Positions 1 to 9,543 of a stretch of DNA of 64,000 nucleotides are shown piece by piece (position 1 is the stretch's first letter; every line of letters starts with the position of its first letter). Source of the stretch: Candidatus Latescibacterota bacterium (GTDB lineage: Bacteria > Latescibacterota > UBA2968 > UBA8231); the NCBI GenBank assembly GCA_965206595.1, contig OZ242214.1, positions 2,496,001 through 2,560,000 of the forward strand, read 5' to 3'. The notes below the pieces were generated by a model. The model was not told the DNA's origin and did not search any database. It saw nothing but the letters and a program-made list of their open reading frames with translations. The position numbers and the translations under genes are program-made.

Positions 1-894
1 GTCTATATCCTCCAAGTCGCCGTGTTTTTGCGCGGTTTGTTTCTGTACTGCTGCAGCCACTTCCTTGATAAGGTCGACGTATTCGGATAGACGATCTTTG
101 TTCTCGGTGAGCTCCGAGCCAGCGACTATTTCGTCTTTCGCCAAAGTAGCGGCCTCAGTTTCTTCATCTCCCATTTCGTATTCGTCATCCTCTTGCTCGG
201 GCTGTTCCTGTTGCCAGGAACCGAGGATATAGGAAAGCCGAAAGCGCTGTTCTCGATGTTCCAAGAGAGCATCGGCGATATCCTTATCGGAGGCGTTGCT
301 AATTGCACTGGTACACGCCTTTTCCAAGCATTCCTCAATGTCTCCTCTCACTTCGTGCTCAGTCAAAAAAGTAACTACAGCCTTGAAAGGAGGGCTGGGT
401 GCAATAACTATTTCGATGTCGGCCGTTGTTGTCCTTGCCGTTGATGTAGAAGGAAAACGGTCACTCTTGTGATCGGAGCCGATAAGCTGACGTAGCAGGG
501 TGGTTTTTCCGGCTCCCGTTGGACCAACGAGCATCACCCGTGCATAGCCGTCCTCTGGCGTAGGTAATTGAATCATGTCCTCCCGTAACTTTTTTGAATC
601 GACCCGGCCAGCCTCCATATTGTCAAAGAACGCCGAGACAACGACTTCATCGAACTGTTTCTCCGCTTGGGAGCGCCGGTCAAGGCTCCACCAAGAGGAA
701 TTAGCCAGCAACTCGTTAAGCTGCTCTACTAGCCGGTCAGCCTCGGTATCGTCCTGCGTCCCAAGACCACGCCGCACCTTCAGGCCAAACTTGCCGCGGG
801 TATCAGTACGGCGCGGGTGACTGAAGATTACGCTCCAGCCCGGCCGATTTTGTGAGCGGGTTTTGGATGCCTTGTAGGTGGTTTTGGTTGCCAT
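1..894 (-). CDS. P-loop GTPase, dynamin-like (partial, runs off window start)
   Basis: Manually translated, not in ORF track: ATG at 894 with AAGGAGG RBS, open to position 1. MATKTTYKASKTRSQNRPGWSVIFSHPRR...VMLVGPTGAGKTTLLRQLIG...RFPSTSTARTTTADIEI gives a G1 motif plus a dynamin-like G2 Thr region. Confidence 0.8.
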   Translation of the reverse strand, partial: MATKTTYKASKTRSQNRPGWSVIFSHPRRTDTRGKFGLKVRRGLGTQDDTEADRLVEQLNELLANSSWWSLDRRSQAEKQFDEVVVSAFFDNMEAGRVDSKKLREDMIQLPTPEDGYARVMLVGPTGAGKTTLLRQLIGSDHKSDRFPSTSTARTTTADIEIVIAPSPPFKAVVTFLTEHEVRGDIEECLEKACTSAISNASDKDIADALLEHREQRFRLSYILGSWQQEQPEQEDDEYEMGDEETEAATLAKDEIVAGSELTENKDRLSEYVDLIKEVAAAVQKQTAQKHGDLEDID

Positions 895-1114
895 CGTCTT
901 CCTCCTTGACTGGAAAGGTGAGAGAAAAGGTGTGTTGTTCGACGTTGTAACGAGGAAGGAATTTAGTAGCTTGGGGTGCATCTGTCAAGGATTTTGTTAC
1001 AACACCGAACAACGTGCTATTGCGGGCACACCTTTTCCCTTCGCCGCGCTCCGCAGGACCGAAAGAGCATTTAATTTGTCTTCTCATTATGGTGCGAAGG
1101 TGCACCGGCCGGCC

Positions 1115-1221
1115 CCTTCAACGACCATCGAGGTCCAGGGAACAGCTCAGATTTCCAGTCAGCCTATCCGAATTGGGATAGGCTCCTTCAACGACCGCCG
1201 AGATCCCAGGGAATGGCCCAG
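1115..1221. repeat. Degenerate direct repeat of the 3' end of the AAA_14 gene, separated by a 9-bp hairpin
   Basis: ccttcaacgaccatcgaggtccagggaacagctcag (1115-1150) vs ccttcaacgaccgccgagatcccagggaatggcccag (1185-1221); AGCCTATCC/GGATAGGCT stem at 1161-1184. Confidence 0.6.
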
Positions 1222-2423
1222 TCCTGCTCGGATACCTGCAGTATTTCCCTTGTCGGCGCGATGACCAGTCCGGGTGCGATGCGCAGTCGAGGGTAGGTTT
1301 TGCGGAAGGCGGTGATTCCCGTCGTGTCGCGGCGGGAAGGGACGCTTCCGAGCTTGATTTCGATGGGGTAGAATCTGCCGTCCCGTTCGAGAAGGAGGTC
1401 GACTTCCGCTCCTCCGCTCGTCCGCCAGTGGTGCATCTGGGGAGGAGTGGGCATGGCGCCCGCCTGTTTGCGGATTTCAGCGACTACCGCGGTCTCGAAA
1501 AGGGCGCCCAGCATGGGGTGCCCTCCCAGTGCCTCCGGAGAGGACAACAGTTGGGCATGGCACGTCATACCGGTATCTGCGAGATAGCCCTTGGGTTTGC
1601 CGCTTACGCGCTTGACGGCGTTTCCCGAGTACGCAGGCACCTCGAACCATTGGTAGGTCGCCTTCAACAGCCCCAGCCAGCGATCCGCGGTCTGCGGGGT
1701 CACTCCCAGTTCCCGGCCCAATTGCCTGCGGTTGATTTCCTGTGCCGAAAGGGCAGCGCAAAGACGGATGAATCGTCCGAAGAGCTGCCAGTCAGCTACG
1801 TCTGCGAGCAGACGCACGTCCCGCTCGATATAGGTGCGCTGATAGGCTGCATGGAAATCGGGAACGAACGCGGCTTCGATCAGCGTGGCATCCGGCAGGC
1901 CGCCTCGCCACAGAGACTCGTAGAGCGTTCGCGTATGCTGTAGCCGCGACGGCGGGGAAGCCAGGAACTTTGCCGGGTCGGCTATCCAACTGGACAGCCA
2001 GGAACCCTCGGATCCCGCGGCTTCTGCCAGGCTGAATCCCTCCAGGTCGAGGAAGGCAGCCCTCCCGGCAAGACTTTCCGAGACGGAGGTCAGCACACTC
2101 CACTGTTGGGACCCGCTGAGAATGTATTGTCCGGGGGACCGATCCTTGTCGACCTCGCGTTTGAGGCTAGCGATCAACTCCGGCGCGTACTGGACCTCGT
2201 CGAGGACCAAGGGGGGTCGGTTGTTGGCCAGAAACAGTTCCGGATCCTGGCGTGCATTCCCCACGTCGACAACCGGATCGAAAACGACGATGTCCGCCTT
2301 GTCACCGTAGAGATGCTGCAGCAAGGTGCTCTTGCCAACTTGTCGGGCACCTGAAAGAACGACGACCGGAAACGCGGTCGCGAGCTCCCGAAGTCTTCGC
2401 GTCAACAGTCTTTGTCGGTACAT
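1188..2423 (-). CDS. AAA_14 ATPase with C-terminal DUF4143 (PD-(D/E)xK-like) domain
   Basis: GARQVGKST Walker A, LDEVQ Walker B, C-terminal EVDLLLERDGRFYPIEIK. Confidence 0.9.
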   Translation of the reverse strand: MYRQRLLTRRLRELATAFPVVVLSGARQVGKSTLLQHLYGDKADIVVFDPVVDVGNARQDPELFLANNRPPLVLDEVQYAPELIASLKREVDKDRSPGQYILSGSQQWSVLTSVSESLAGRAAFLDLEGFSLAEAAGSEGSWLSSWIADPAKFLASPPSRLQHTRTLYESLWRGGLPDATLIEAAFVPDFHAAYQRTYIERDVRLLADVADWQLFGRFIRLCAALSAQEINRRQLGRELGVTPQTADRWLGLLKATYQWFEVPAYSGNAVKRVSGKPKGYLADTGMTCHAQLLSSPEALGGHPMLGALFETAVVAEIRKQAGAMPTPPQMHHWRTSGGAEVDLLLERDGRFYPIEIKLGSVPSRRDTTGITAFRKTYPRLRIAPGLVIAPTREILQVSEQDWAIPWDLGGR

Positions 2424-2536
2424 AATACTTGCAAAATGATGATATCATCATCAATCTGCAAGAAGTTTTCCGCGCCCTGACTGGAAAAAGCCTCACGAAC
2501 GCCTGGAATTCCCTGGCGCCGCCCCCGGCAACCATC

Positions 2537-4024
2537 TCAATCCCCGCGGAACCGGAAGGCGTACAGCTTCATCCCCCTCATGACGATGCGCAGGCGTAGC
2601 GGCCGGCCGGCAAGGGCGCCGACGTCGCCGCTCCCCCTCCAGGTGACCGGCTTGGCCAGTCCGTTGCCCACCAGTCCATCGGCGTCGGCCAGGGTGTGCC
2701 CCGGGACCGGGGTTCCCTCCGCGTCCTGCAGCTCGACCTGCAGCCAGCCGCCGGCGCTCCCGTCGCAGTTGAGCTCGAGACGGTCGCCTGCAAACACCAG
2801 GTCCGGCGTCGTCAGCTCGCCCCCGTCGTAGGCCGCCTCCGCGGAAACGAAGCCGTCCCGACGGATGCTTGCCCGGTAGATACCGCCGAGCCGCGACTGC
2901 CGCCGCTCCGCCTCCGGGTCCGCCTGGGGGCCGTGCTTGCGCGCCGTCCCCGAGTAGTAGAGCCACAGCTCCTCTCCCACCGGGATCAGCCAGGGATTGG
3001 CGAAGAGCATGCCGCTGCTGCCGCTGCCGTCGAGGCCGGGGCGCAGGAAGGGCTCGCGGCCCCCGGCCCGCTGCCAGTCAATGCCGTCGCGGCTGGTCAG
3101 CAGCTGCGCGTCCATGGTCGCCGGGTAATCCTCCTCCCCCCAGTGGTAGTACGCCGACGGGAACATCAGGTAGGCGTCCTGCGCCAGCTCGTACTTCATG
3201 GCGCACGAGGTGTAGAAATCGATGTTGGGCCGCGGGTCGTCGCGCTGGAAGGGCACCGGCATGGCGAGGTCGCGCGCGTCCGCCTCGAAGGCGATCTCCA
3301 GCGGCGACCAGTTCCTGAAATCGGGCGAGGTGATGCGGCCGACGCTGCGGTAGCGGCCGAATCCGCCCCTGGCGGCCTCCTCGACGAGCTGCGTCTCCCT
3401 CACCCGGGTGTAGCCGACGTAGAGCCCGAGGCGGTCGTCCCGGAAGAACATGTTCTGGGTGTCGCACATCGTTTCGGGGGGGTTCGGCTGGCCGGGGTAG
3501 TACTGCCAGCGGATGCCGTCGGCGGAGTGCATGGCCCACAGGCCTTCGGCGGCGCCGGCGGCCAGCTCGGCGTCGCTGGGTCGGTACTTGCTCCACAGCT
3601 TGTAGCGCTCCGCGGCCGGGGCGCGTTCGTCCCGGAACACCGTCGCCCCCTGCATGCTCTGACTCTCCCCGTGCGGGACGACGAGGTTGTTGCTCCTGCT
3701 GCCCCGGAACTCGATCAGCCCCAGCTCCGGTTTGCGCCAGTGGATGCCGTCCTCCGACTCGGCGTACCCGAGGCGCCGCGCCCCCTGCGAGGGCAGGCCG
3801 GTCAGCATCATGGCGTCGTACCACATGCGCCAGCGGCCGTCCGCCTCGCGGAACACGGTGTTGTAGGCGCCGATTCCGAGCGCCTCCCACGGCTTGTCGG
3901 CGACCAGCACCGGCTCCGGGTGCTGGACCGGCAGGTTCATGCGCAGCTCGATCCCCCTGGATGCGGCGATGAAGCGGTCGTCGATGAAAAGCTGCTTGCG
4001 GGTACCGACGTCGATCGGGGCCAT
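2537..4024 (-). CDS. Five-bladed beta-propeller glycoside hydrolase-like protein (GH32/43/130 fold)
   Basis: KQLFIDD start, PVLVADKPWE, YAESEDGIHWRKP, SRDGIDW, ELWLYYSG, RRDGFVS motifs; start moved to MAPIDV. Confidence 0.7.
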   Translation of the reverse strand: MAPIDVGTRKQLFIDDRFIAASRGIELRMNLPVQHPEPVLVADKPWEALGIGAYNTVFREADGRWRMWYDAMMLTGLPSQGARRLGYAESEDGIHWRKPELGLIEFRGSRSNNLVVPHGESQSMQGATVFRDERAPAAERYKLWSKYRPSDAELAAGAAEGLWAMHSADGIRWQYYPGQPNPPETMCDTQNMFFRDDRLGLYVGYTRVRETQLVEEAARGGFGRYRSVGRITSPDFRNWSPLEIAFEADARDLAMPVPFQRDDPRPNIDFYTSCAMKYELAQDAYLMFPSAYYHWGEEDYPATMDAQLLTSRDGIDWQRAGGREPFLRPGLDGSGSSGMLFANPWLIPVGEELWLYYSGTARKHGPQADPEAERRQSRLGGIYRASIRRDGFVSAEAAYDGGELTTPDLVFAGDRLELNCDGSAGGWLQVELQDAEGTPVPGHTLADADGLVGNGLAKPVTWRGSGDVGALAGRPLRLRIVMRGMKLYAFRFRGD

Positions 4025-4229
4025 GGTTTCGCTCCGAGATTTATATGGTGGATTGCAGCGGCCCTGCGCGGGCATCGCAGTTGCCATGGCGGGCGAGCCT
4101 GATGCAAGCGGCCCGCTCCGGCGGCGCACCCGGTGGCGGCGCCGGGATTATGGCCAAATGGCAAAACCGCGCCAAGCCGGAGCGCCGGAATCATTGCGGT
4201 AACCACCCCGGTTCTTCAGGTTGGAAATC

Positions 4230-5411
4230 ATGAACCCCTTACCGAAAACCGCGGGCGCGGTAGTCATCGGCGCCGGCATCAACGGCGCGGCCACCGCCTT
4301 CAACCTCGCCAGGCGCGGCGTCGAAAACGTCGTCCTGATCGAGAGGCAGCTGATCGCCTCGGGGGGAACCGGGCGCTCCGCGGCCATCGTCAGGCAGCAT
4401 TACTCGAACGAGGTGCTCGTGCGCATGGTGCGCCGCAGCGTCGACATCTTCTCCAACTTCGACGACGAGATCGGCGGCGACTGCGGGTTCGTCAACTGCG
4501 GCTGGTCGTTCCTGATCCCCGAGTACGTCTCCGGGGGTTTCGACCGCAACCTCGAGATGGGGCGTCGGCTCGGGGTCGACGTGCGCGAAATCACGCGCCA
4601 GGAGCTGCTCGAGATCGAGCCGCGCATCGAGGTCGGCGACGTGCACCGCTTCGCGTACGAGCCCGGCTCGGGGTACGCGGACCCGCGCGCCACCACCCAT
4701 GCGTACGCGCGCCGCTTCACCGACCTGGGCGGACACCTGGCGCCGCTCACCCCGGCGACAGGTCTTCTCCTGTCCGGGGATGCGGTCTCCGGGGTCGCCA
4801 CCGCCGCGGGAACCGTCTCCACCGGGATCGTCGTCAATGCCGCCGGCCCCTGGGCGGACCGGGTGGCCTCCTGGGCCGGGGTCGACCTGCCTCTTCAGGT
4901 CACCCGCGAGGAGGAGATCATCTACGACGCCGCGGCCGCGGGCGGGCCGCCGAGGCTCTGCTTCTCCGACATGGCCGAGGCGATCTACTACCGGCCGCAC
5001 GGGGAGCGGCGCATGCTCGTGGGACGCGGCTTCCCCAAGGAGTACGAGCACGTCGAGCCCGACGGGTACGACCAAGAAGTCGACGTCTCCTTCATCGCGG
5101 AGACCGAATCGCGGCTGCGGCGGCGCTGGCCCGGCTTCCGGTCGCTCCTCGCCGTCGACTCGTACACCGGCCTCTACGACGTCACCCCGGACTGGCACCC
5201 GGTGCTCGGGGCCGTCGACGGCCCCGAGGGGTTCTTCATGTGCGCCGGGTTCAGCGGCCACGGCTTCAAGATCGGCCCCGCGGTCGGCGAGGTGATGGCG
5301 GAGGAGGTGCTCGGGGTTTCGGACCGATCCATCGACATCGCCAGCCTCAACCTGCGCCGCTTCGCCCGCGGCGAGCTGATCGCCGCGGCGTACGGCACCA
5401 ACCGCGCCTGA
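4230..5411 (+). CDS. FAD-dependent oxidoreductase (DAO/sarcosine oxidase-like)
   Basis: VVIGAGING Rossmann motif, SGGTGRSAA, YDVTPDWHPVLG, GFSGHGFK. Confidence 0.9.
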   Translation: MNPLPKTAGAVVIGAGINGAATAFNLARRGVENVVLIERQLIASGGTGRSAAIVRQHYSNEVLVRMVRRSVDIFSNFDDEIGGDCGFVNCGWSFLIPEYVSGGFDRNLEMGRRLGVDVREITRQELLEIEPRIEVGDVHRFAYEPGSGYADPRATTHAYARRFTDLGGHLAPLTPATGLLLSGDAVSGVATAAGTVSTGIVVNAAGPWADRVASWAGVDLPLQVTREEEIIYDAAAAGGPPRLCFSDMAEAIYYRPHGERRMLVGRGFPKEYEHVEPDGYDQEVDVSFIAETESRLRRRWPGFRSLLAVDSYTGLYDVTPDWHPVLGAVDGPEGFFMCAGFSGHGFKIGPAVGEVMAEEVLGVSDRSIDIASLNLRRFARGELIAAAYGTNRA

Positions 5412-5525
5412 CCTCCCGCCTGCTCCAGGGCTCGACCCCCGGTTGGGCAAGCCTCTTTTCTTGACCGTCGCGGCGCCAACCTGCTATATCAGCGCCTTCC
5501 ACACCCACCCGTAGAGGCTTACCCG

Positions 5526-6632
5526 ATGAACGCAAACGGACTGATCGACTACGGCATGTTCATCATGCCCTTTCACCCGCCGAGCAAACCTCTGTCGCAG
5601 TGTTTCGACGAGGACATCGAGCTGGTGGTCCGCGCCGAGGAGCTCGGTTTCAGCGAGTTCTGGATCGGCGAGCACCACACCATGAGGTACGAGCCGATCG
5701 TCGTGCCCGAGGTCTTCATCGGCCGCGTCCTCGGCGAGACCGAGCGCATCCGCCTGGGACCGGCCCCGGTCTGCCTCAACCAGCACCACCCGGCGTACGT
5801 GGCGACCCGCATCGCCTTCCTCGACCACCTGGCGCACGGCCGCCTCAACCTCTGCTTCGGCCCGGGAAGCGTCACCGCCGACCAGGAGCTCTACGGCCTC
5901 GACCCGAAGCAGGGGGGCGCCATGACCATGGAGGCGCTCGACGTCATCCTCGAGCTCTGGGCCTCGGATCCACCCTACGAGCACAACGGAGAGTTCTAGC
6001 AGTTCTCCCTCAAGAAGTTCGTCGACGAGGAGACGCAGATCGGCTTCATCCACAAGCCGCTGCAGCAGCCGCACCCGCCGATCGCCATGCCGGGGCTCAG
6101 CCGCAACTCGCACAGTCTCAAGGTCGCAGCGCAGCGCGGCTTCGCCCCCTTCTCCGCGGCCCTGGCCGCCGGCAACGTGCTCGCCGACAACTGGGAGACC
6201 TACGCCGCCGCCGCCGCTGAAGCGGGCCGCGGGGCTGACCGCTCCTGCTGGAAGGTCTCGCGCGCCATCTTTCTCGCCGACACCACCGAGGAGGCGGTCA
6301 GGCTGGCACGCACCAACTCGGTCGGCCGCAACTACGAGTACATCGCCAGCCTCCTCGACAAGGGCCTCGGCCGCAGCATCCTCAAGCGCGACCTCGAAAT
6401 GCCGGATTCCGACTGCAACATGGATTACTGGATGTCTGAGCAGATCATCGCCGGCGACGTCGACGAGGTGCTGAGCCGGCTGCTGGGCATGGTGGAAGAG
6501 ACCGGGCCGTTCGGCACCCTCGTCATTATGGGCTTCGACTGGGACGACAAGGAGGCCTGGCTGCGCAACCTCGACCTGTTCGCCAACGAACTGATGCCGG
6601 CGCTCAACGCCGCGGTGGCAGTGCCGGCCTGA
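5526..6632 (+). pseudogene. LLM-class (luciferase-like) flavin monooxygenase with in-frame TAG at 5997-5999
   Basis: AEELGFSEFWIGEHH, FLDHLAHGRLNL; the frame continues past the TAG (GEF*QFSLKKF...KPLQQPHPPIA) into ORF 6087-6632. Confidence 0.85.
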
Positions 6633-6634
6633 CC

Positions 6635-7567
6635 GTGGAACAGCGGCAACTCGGAAGAGACGGCGAACGCGTCTCCGTCCTCGGGCTGGGCACCTGGCCT
6701 CTCGGCGGGGCCATGGGGGCTGTCGGCGAGGCGACGGCCATCGCCACGGTCCGCGCCGCCATCGATTCCGGCATCACCCTCATCGACACGGCGCAGTCGT
6801 ATTACCACAGCGAAGAGGTTGTCGGCAAGGCCCTTCAAGACGGTTATCGCCGGCGCTGCTTTCTCGCCACCAAGGTCAGCCTGCAGTACTCGCGTGACGA
6901 TATAATCGCGGCGATGGAGAACAGCCTGCGCCAGCTCAAGGTCGACTGTGTCGACCTCTACCAGATCCACAGCTGGAATCCCGAGTACCCGATCGATACC
7001 AGCATGGAGGCGATGCTGCGCCTCCAGGAGCAGGGCAAGACGCGCTTTCTCGGCGTTTCCAACTTCGACGCCGAACAGATGCAGACCGCGTCGCGGACCG
7101 CTTCCTTCCACTCCAGCCAGCCCTGCTACAACCTGCTCAACCGCGCCATCGAAGAGGAGGACATCCCCTACTGCGAACGGGAGGGGATCGGCATTCTCGC
7201 GCACAGCGCCCTGGCCAAGGGGCTGCTGAGCGGGCACTACCGCCCGGGCCACCGGTTTCCGGCGGATGACGAGCGTTCCGGCGAGACCCGCACCGGCCCG
7301 TACGTGGGACCGCGGTTCGCTGGCCGAAGGTTTGCCGGCTACTTCGACGTCGTGGAGAAACTCCGGGGAATCGCCGATGAAAAGGAGATCACCATGGTCC
7401 AGATGGCGGTCGCCTGGCTGTTGCGCCTTCCCGCGGTGACCTGCGCCCTGGTCGGGGCCAAGCACCCGGACCAAGTGCGGGACCACCTCGGCGCCGTCGG
7501 TGTCGAGTTCGACGAAAGCGAGCTCGCCCGTATCGACCGGATTCTGTCAGAGGCGCCCGCGTACTAG
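6635..7567 (+). CDS. Aldo/keto reductase
   Basis: LGLGTWPLGG, IDTAQSY, LATK, DLYQIH, GVSNF. Confidence 0.93.
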   Translation: MEQRQLGRDGERVSVLGLGTWPLGGAMGAVGEATAIATVRAAIDSGITLIDTAQSYYHSEEVVGKALQDGYRRRCFLATKVSLQYSRDDIIAAMENSLRQLKVDCVDLYQIHSWNPEYPIDTSMEAMLRLQEQGKTRFLGVSNFDAEQMQTASRTASFHSSQPCYNLLNRAIEEEDIPYCEREGIGILAHSALAKGLLSGHYRPGHRFPADDERSGETRTGPYVGPRFAGRRFAGYFDVVEKLRGIADEKEITMVQMAVAWLLRLPAVTCALVGAKHPDQVRDHLGAVGVEFDESELARIDRILSEAPAY

Positions 7568-7633
7568 GACCGGACTGGTTGCACTACAGGTACTGCGGCG
7601 CCCCGCCGCGTAAAGCATAATGCGATTCCACAC

Positions 7634-8329
7634 ATGGAAATAAACAAAGAAAATGATGGCCCCGAATTCGAGGTAGAGATTCACTTGGAATCCGGCCTGG
7701 ACATGGCAAGGAATGAACTTGACGGCTTCTCCGAAGAACTGCGCACCTGGCTGACGGTGCTCGGGAAACAGATCGTGTCCCTCCAGACAAACCTCGTGGC
7801 AGATGAAGACAATAAACTTGCGAACGTGTCGCGGACTCTACTCGAGGAGCCTTGGATCAAGTACGTTTCAGATCTTGCCTTCGCCGAAGATGCGGTAACC
7901 CGCGCGTCCGCAGGGTTTGATCGTTATGTTGATTTGCGGCCGATTTTGACAGGCTACGAACTCTCTGAAGTGGCAACAAAATGCCTGCAAGAGGCGGGAC
8001 GAATGTTCCTATTCTCTTTTGACAACGGCTGTGTGACATTCTGCGGTTCGGCGCTGGAACAGACTCTGCGAAGTTCACTCGAAGATGCAGGCCATACCCC
8101 TGGTGAAAAGGATACCATCGGTGCACTAATCACAGAGGCTTGCAAGCGCACCCTCCTTTCAGAGGAGGCGGTAAAAGCGGCACATGATCTGAAATGCACG
8201 AGAAACGATGTGATTCATCGGCCGTTTACAGTCGAAGGTGAAGACCTGAAATACGAAGCACTCAAGGCGATTGAAAACCTTGGGAAGGTTCTCGAGACGC
8301 TTGGTCTGAATCTAAGGTCAGAGATATAA
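7634..8329 (+). CDS. DUF4145/HEPN-like domain protein
   Basis: C-terminal GSALEQTL...IGALI...RNDVIH (Rx4H HEPN motif); AT-richer than backbone. Confidence 0.6.
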   Translation: MEINKENDGPEFEVEIHLESGLDMARNELDGFSEELRTWLTVLGKQIVSLQTNLVADEDNKLANVSRTLLEEPWIKYVSDLAFAEDAVTRASAGFDRYVDLRPILTGYELSEVATKCLQEAGRMFLFSFDNGCVTFCGSALEQTLRSSLEDAGHTPGEKDTIGALITEACKRTLLSEEAVKAAHDLKCTRNDVIHRPFTVEGEDLKYEALKAIENLGKVLETLGLNLRSEI

Positions 8330-8405
8330 CCTCATCTCCTATCAGTGAATCCCTGAGAGAGGTCACTCTGCGTTGCTGGACTTGGGGCAAACAGGAACCA
8401 ACACC

Positions 8406-9437
8406 ATGCCCACGCACTTGACTACCAACCTCCCCCAGCCAGCCCAGACCAGACTTACCTTCGCGGCTTGCTTGGCTGTCTCCCTTGCGGGGCCAGCCAT
8501 CGGGGCAACCTGCAATAACTGGAATACCGAGGGATTTTTCCAAACCGCCACGGTTAAGGAATTGACCGATTGCCTTAAAGTCGGTGCCGACCATAACGCC
8601 CGGGACGAGATGGGGCGAACTCCCCTGCATACGGCGGCCCGGATCAACAGTAACCCTGCGGTCATTGTTGTCTTGCTCAAGGCTGGGGCCGAAATAAACT
8701 CACTGGACAATAATGGCGTCACTCCCCTTCATCTGGCGGCTGGACTTAACAAAAATCTGCAAGTCATCATTGCCTTGCTGGATGCCGGAACGGATCCGAA
8801 TGTGCTGGCCAAAGGTGGCCACACCCCCTTGCATCTGGCGGCCTACAACAACACCCCAAGAATTATTGCTACCTTGCTGGAGGCTGGGGCCAACCTGGAT
8901 GCGCGGACCGATGATGGCGACACCCCCCTGCATCTGGCGGCCACGAACAACACCCCGACGATTATTTCCGCCTTGTTGGACGCTGGGGCCAACCTGAATG
9001 CAAAAAACAAAAAGGGACTAACTCCCCTGCATCTGGCGGCACAGCACAACAATCACCCGGGGGTTGTCACCGCATTGACAAAAACCGGATTTGCGTTGTT
9101 CAAGGGCTCCTCCGACGCTGACCTGAGTGCTCGGGACGAAGGCGGGCTTACCTCGTTGCATCTGGCGGCCCAGTACAACGAAAACCCAGAGGTCGTCACC
9201 GCCCTACTCAAGGCGGGCCTCGACCTTCATGCCCGGGACCAACGTGGCCTCACTCCCCTGCATTGGGCAGCTTGGAAGAACAAAAACCCGGCGGTCATCA
9301 CCACCTTGCTGGATGCAGGAGCCGACCCAGCGGCTCGAACTCTACGAGGGAGCAGGGTCCCCGCGGACTACGCCAAGAGAAACGACGCACTTAAGGGGAC
9401 GGCAGTCTACTGGCGGCTGCATGAAGGTCGATTTTGA
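8406..9437 (+). CDS. Secreted ankyrin-repeat protein
   Basis: Signal peptide-like LTFAACLAVSLAGPAIGA; about 7 repeats of G.TPLHLAA...LL.AGA..NA. Confidence 0.9.
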   Translation: MPTHLTTNLPQPAQTRLTFAACLAVSLAGPAIGATCNNWNTEGFFQTATVKELTDCLKVGADHNARDEMGRTPLHTAARINSNPAVIVVLLKAGAEINSLDNNGVTPLHLAAGLNKNLQVIIALLDAGTDPNVLAKGGHTPLHLAAYNNTPRIIATLLEAGANLDARTDDGDTPLHLAATNNTPTIISALLDAGANLNAKNKKGLTPLHLAAQHNNHPGVVTALTKTGFALFKGSSDADLSARDEGGLTSLHLAAQYNENPEVVTALLKAGLDLHARDQRGLTPLHWAAWKNKNPAVITTLLDAGADPAARTLRGSRVPADYAKRNDALKGTAVYWRLHEGRF

Positions 9438-9543
9438 TGATTACACATCCTGCCGAACAGTCCAGCTCGTCATCGGGTGACAGGGCGTCCGGCGGATCGC
9501 TTGGGCTGTTTCATGCAGACTTACCCATCATTTGGGGGTAGGA

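Noticed and set aside
2696-4102. Long antisense ORFs (also 4239-5450, 45661-47388, 52286-54355, 56203-57606, 60154-61830)
   Set aside because: Shadow ORFs opposite well-supported genes in high-GC DNA; no family motifs.
5997-5999. Pyrrolysine or genome-wide TAG recoding
   Set aside because: TAG terminates several genes normally here (e.g. 7567, 46764, 48216) and no pyl genes are visible.
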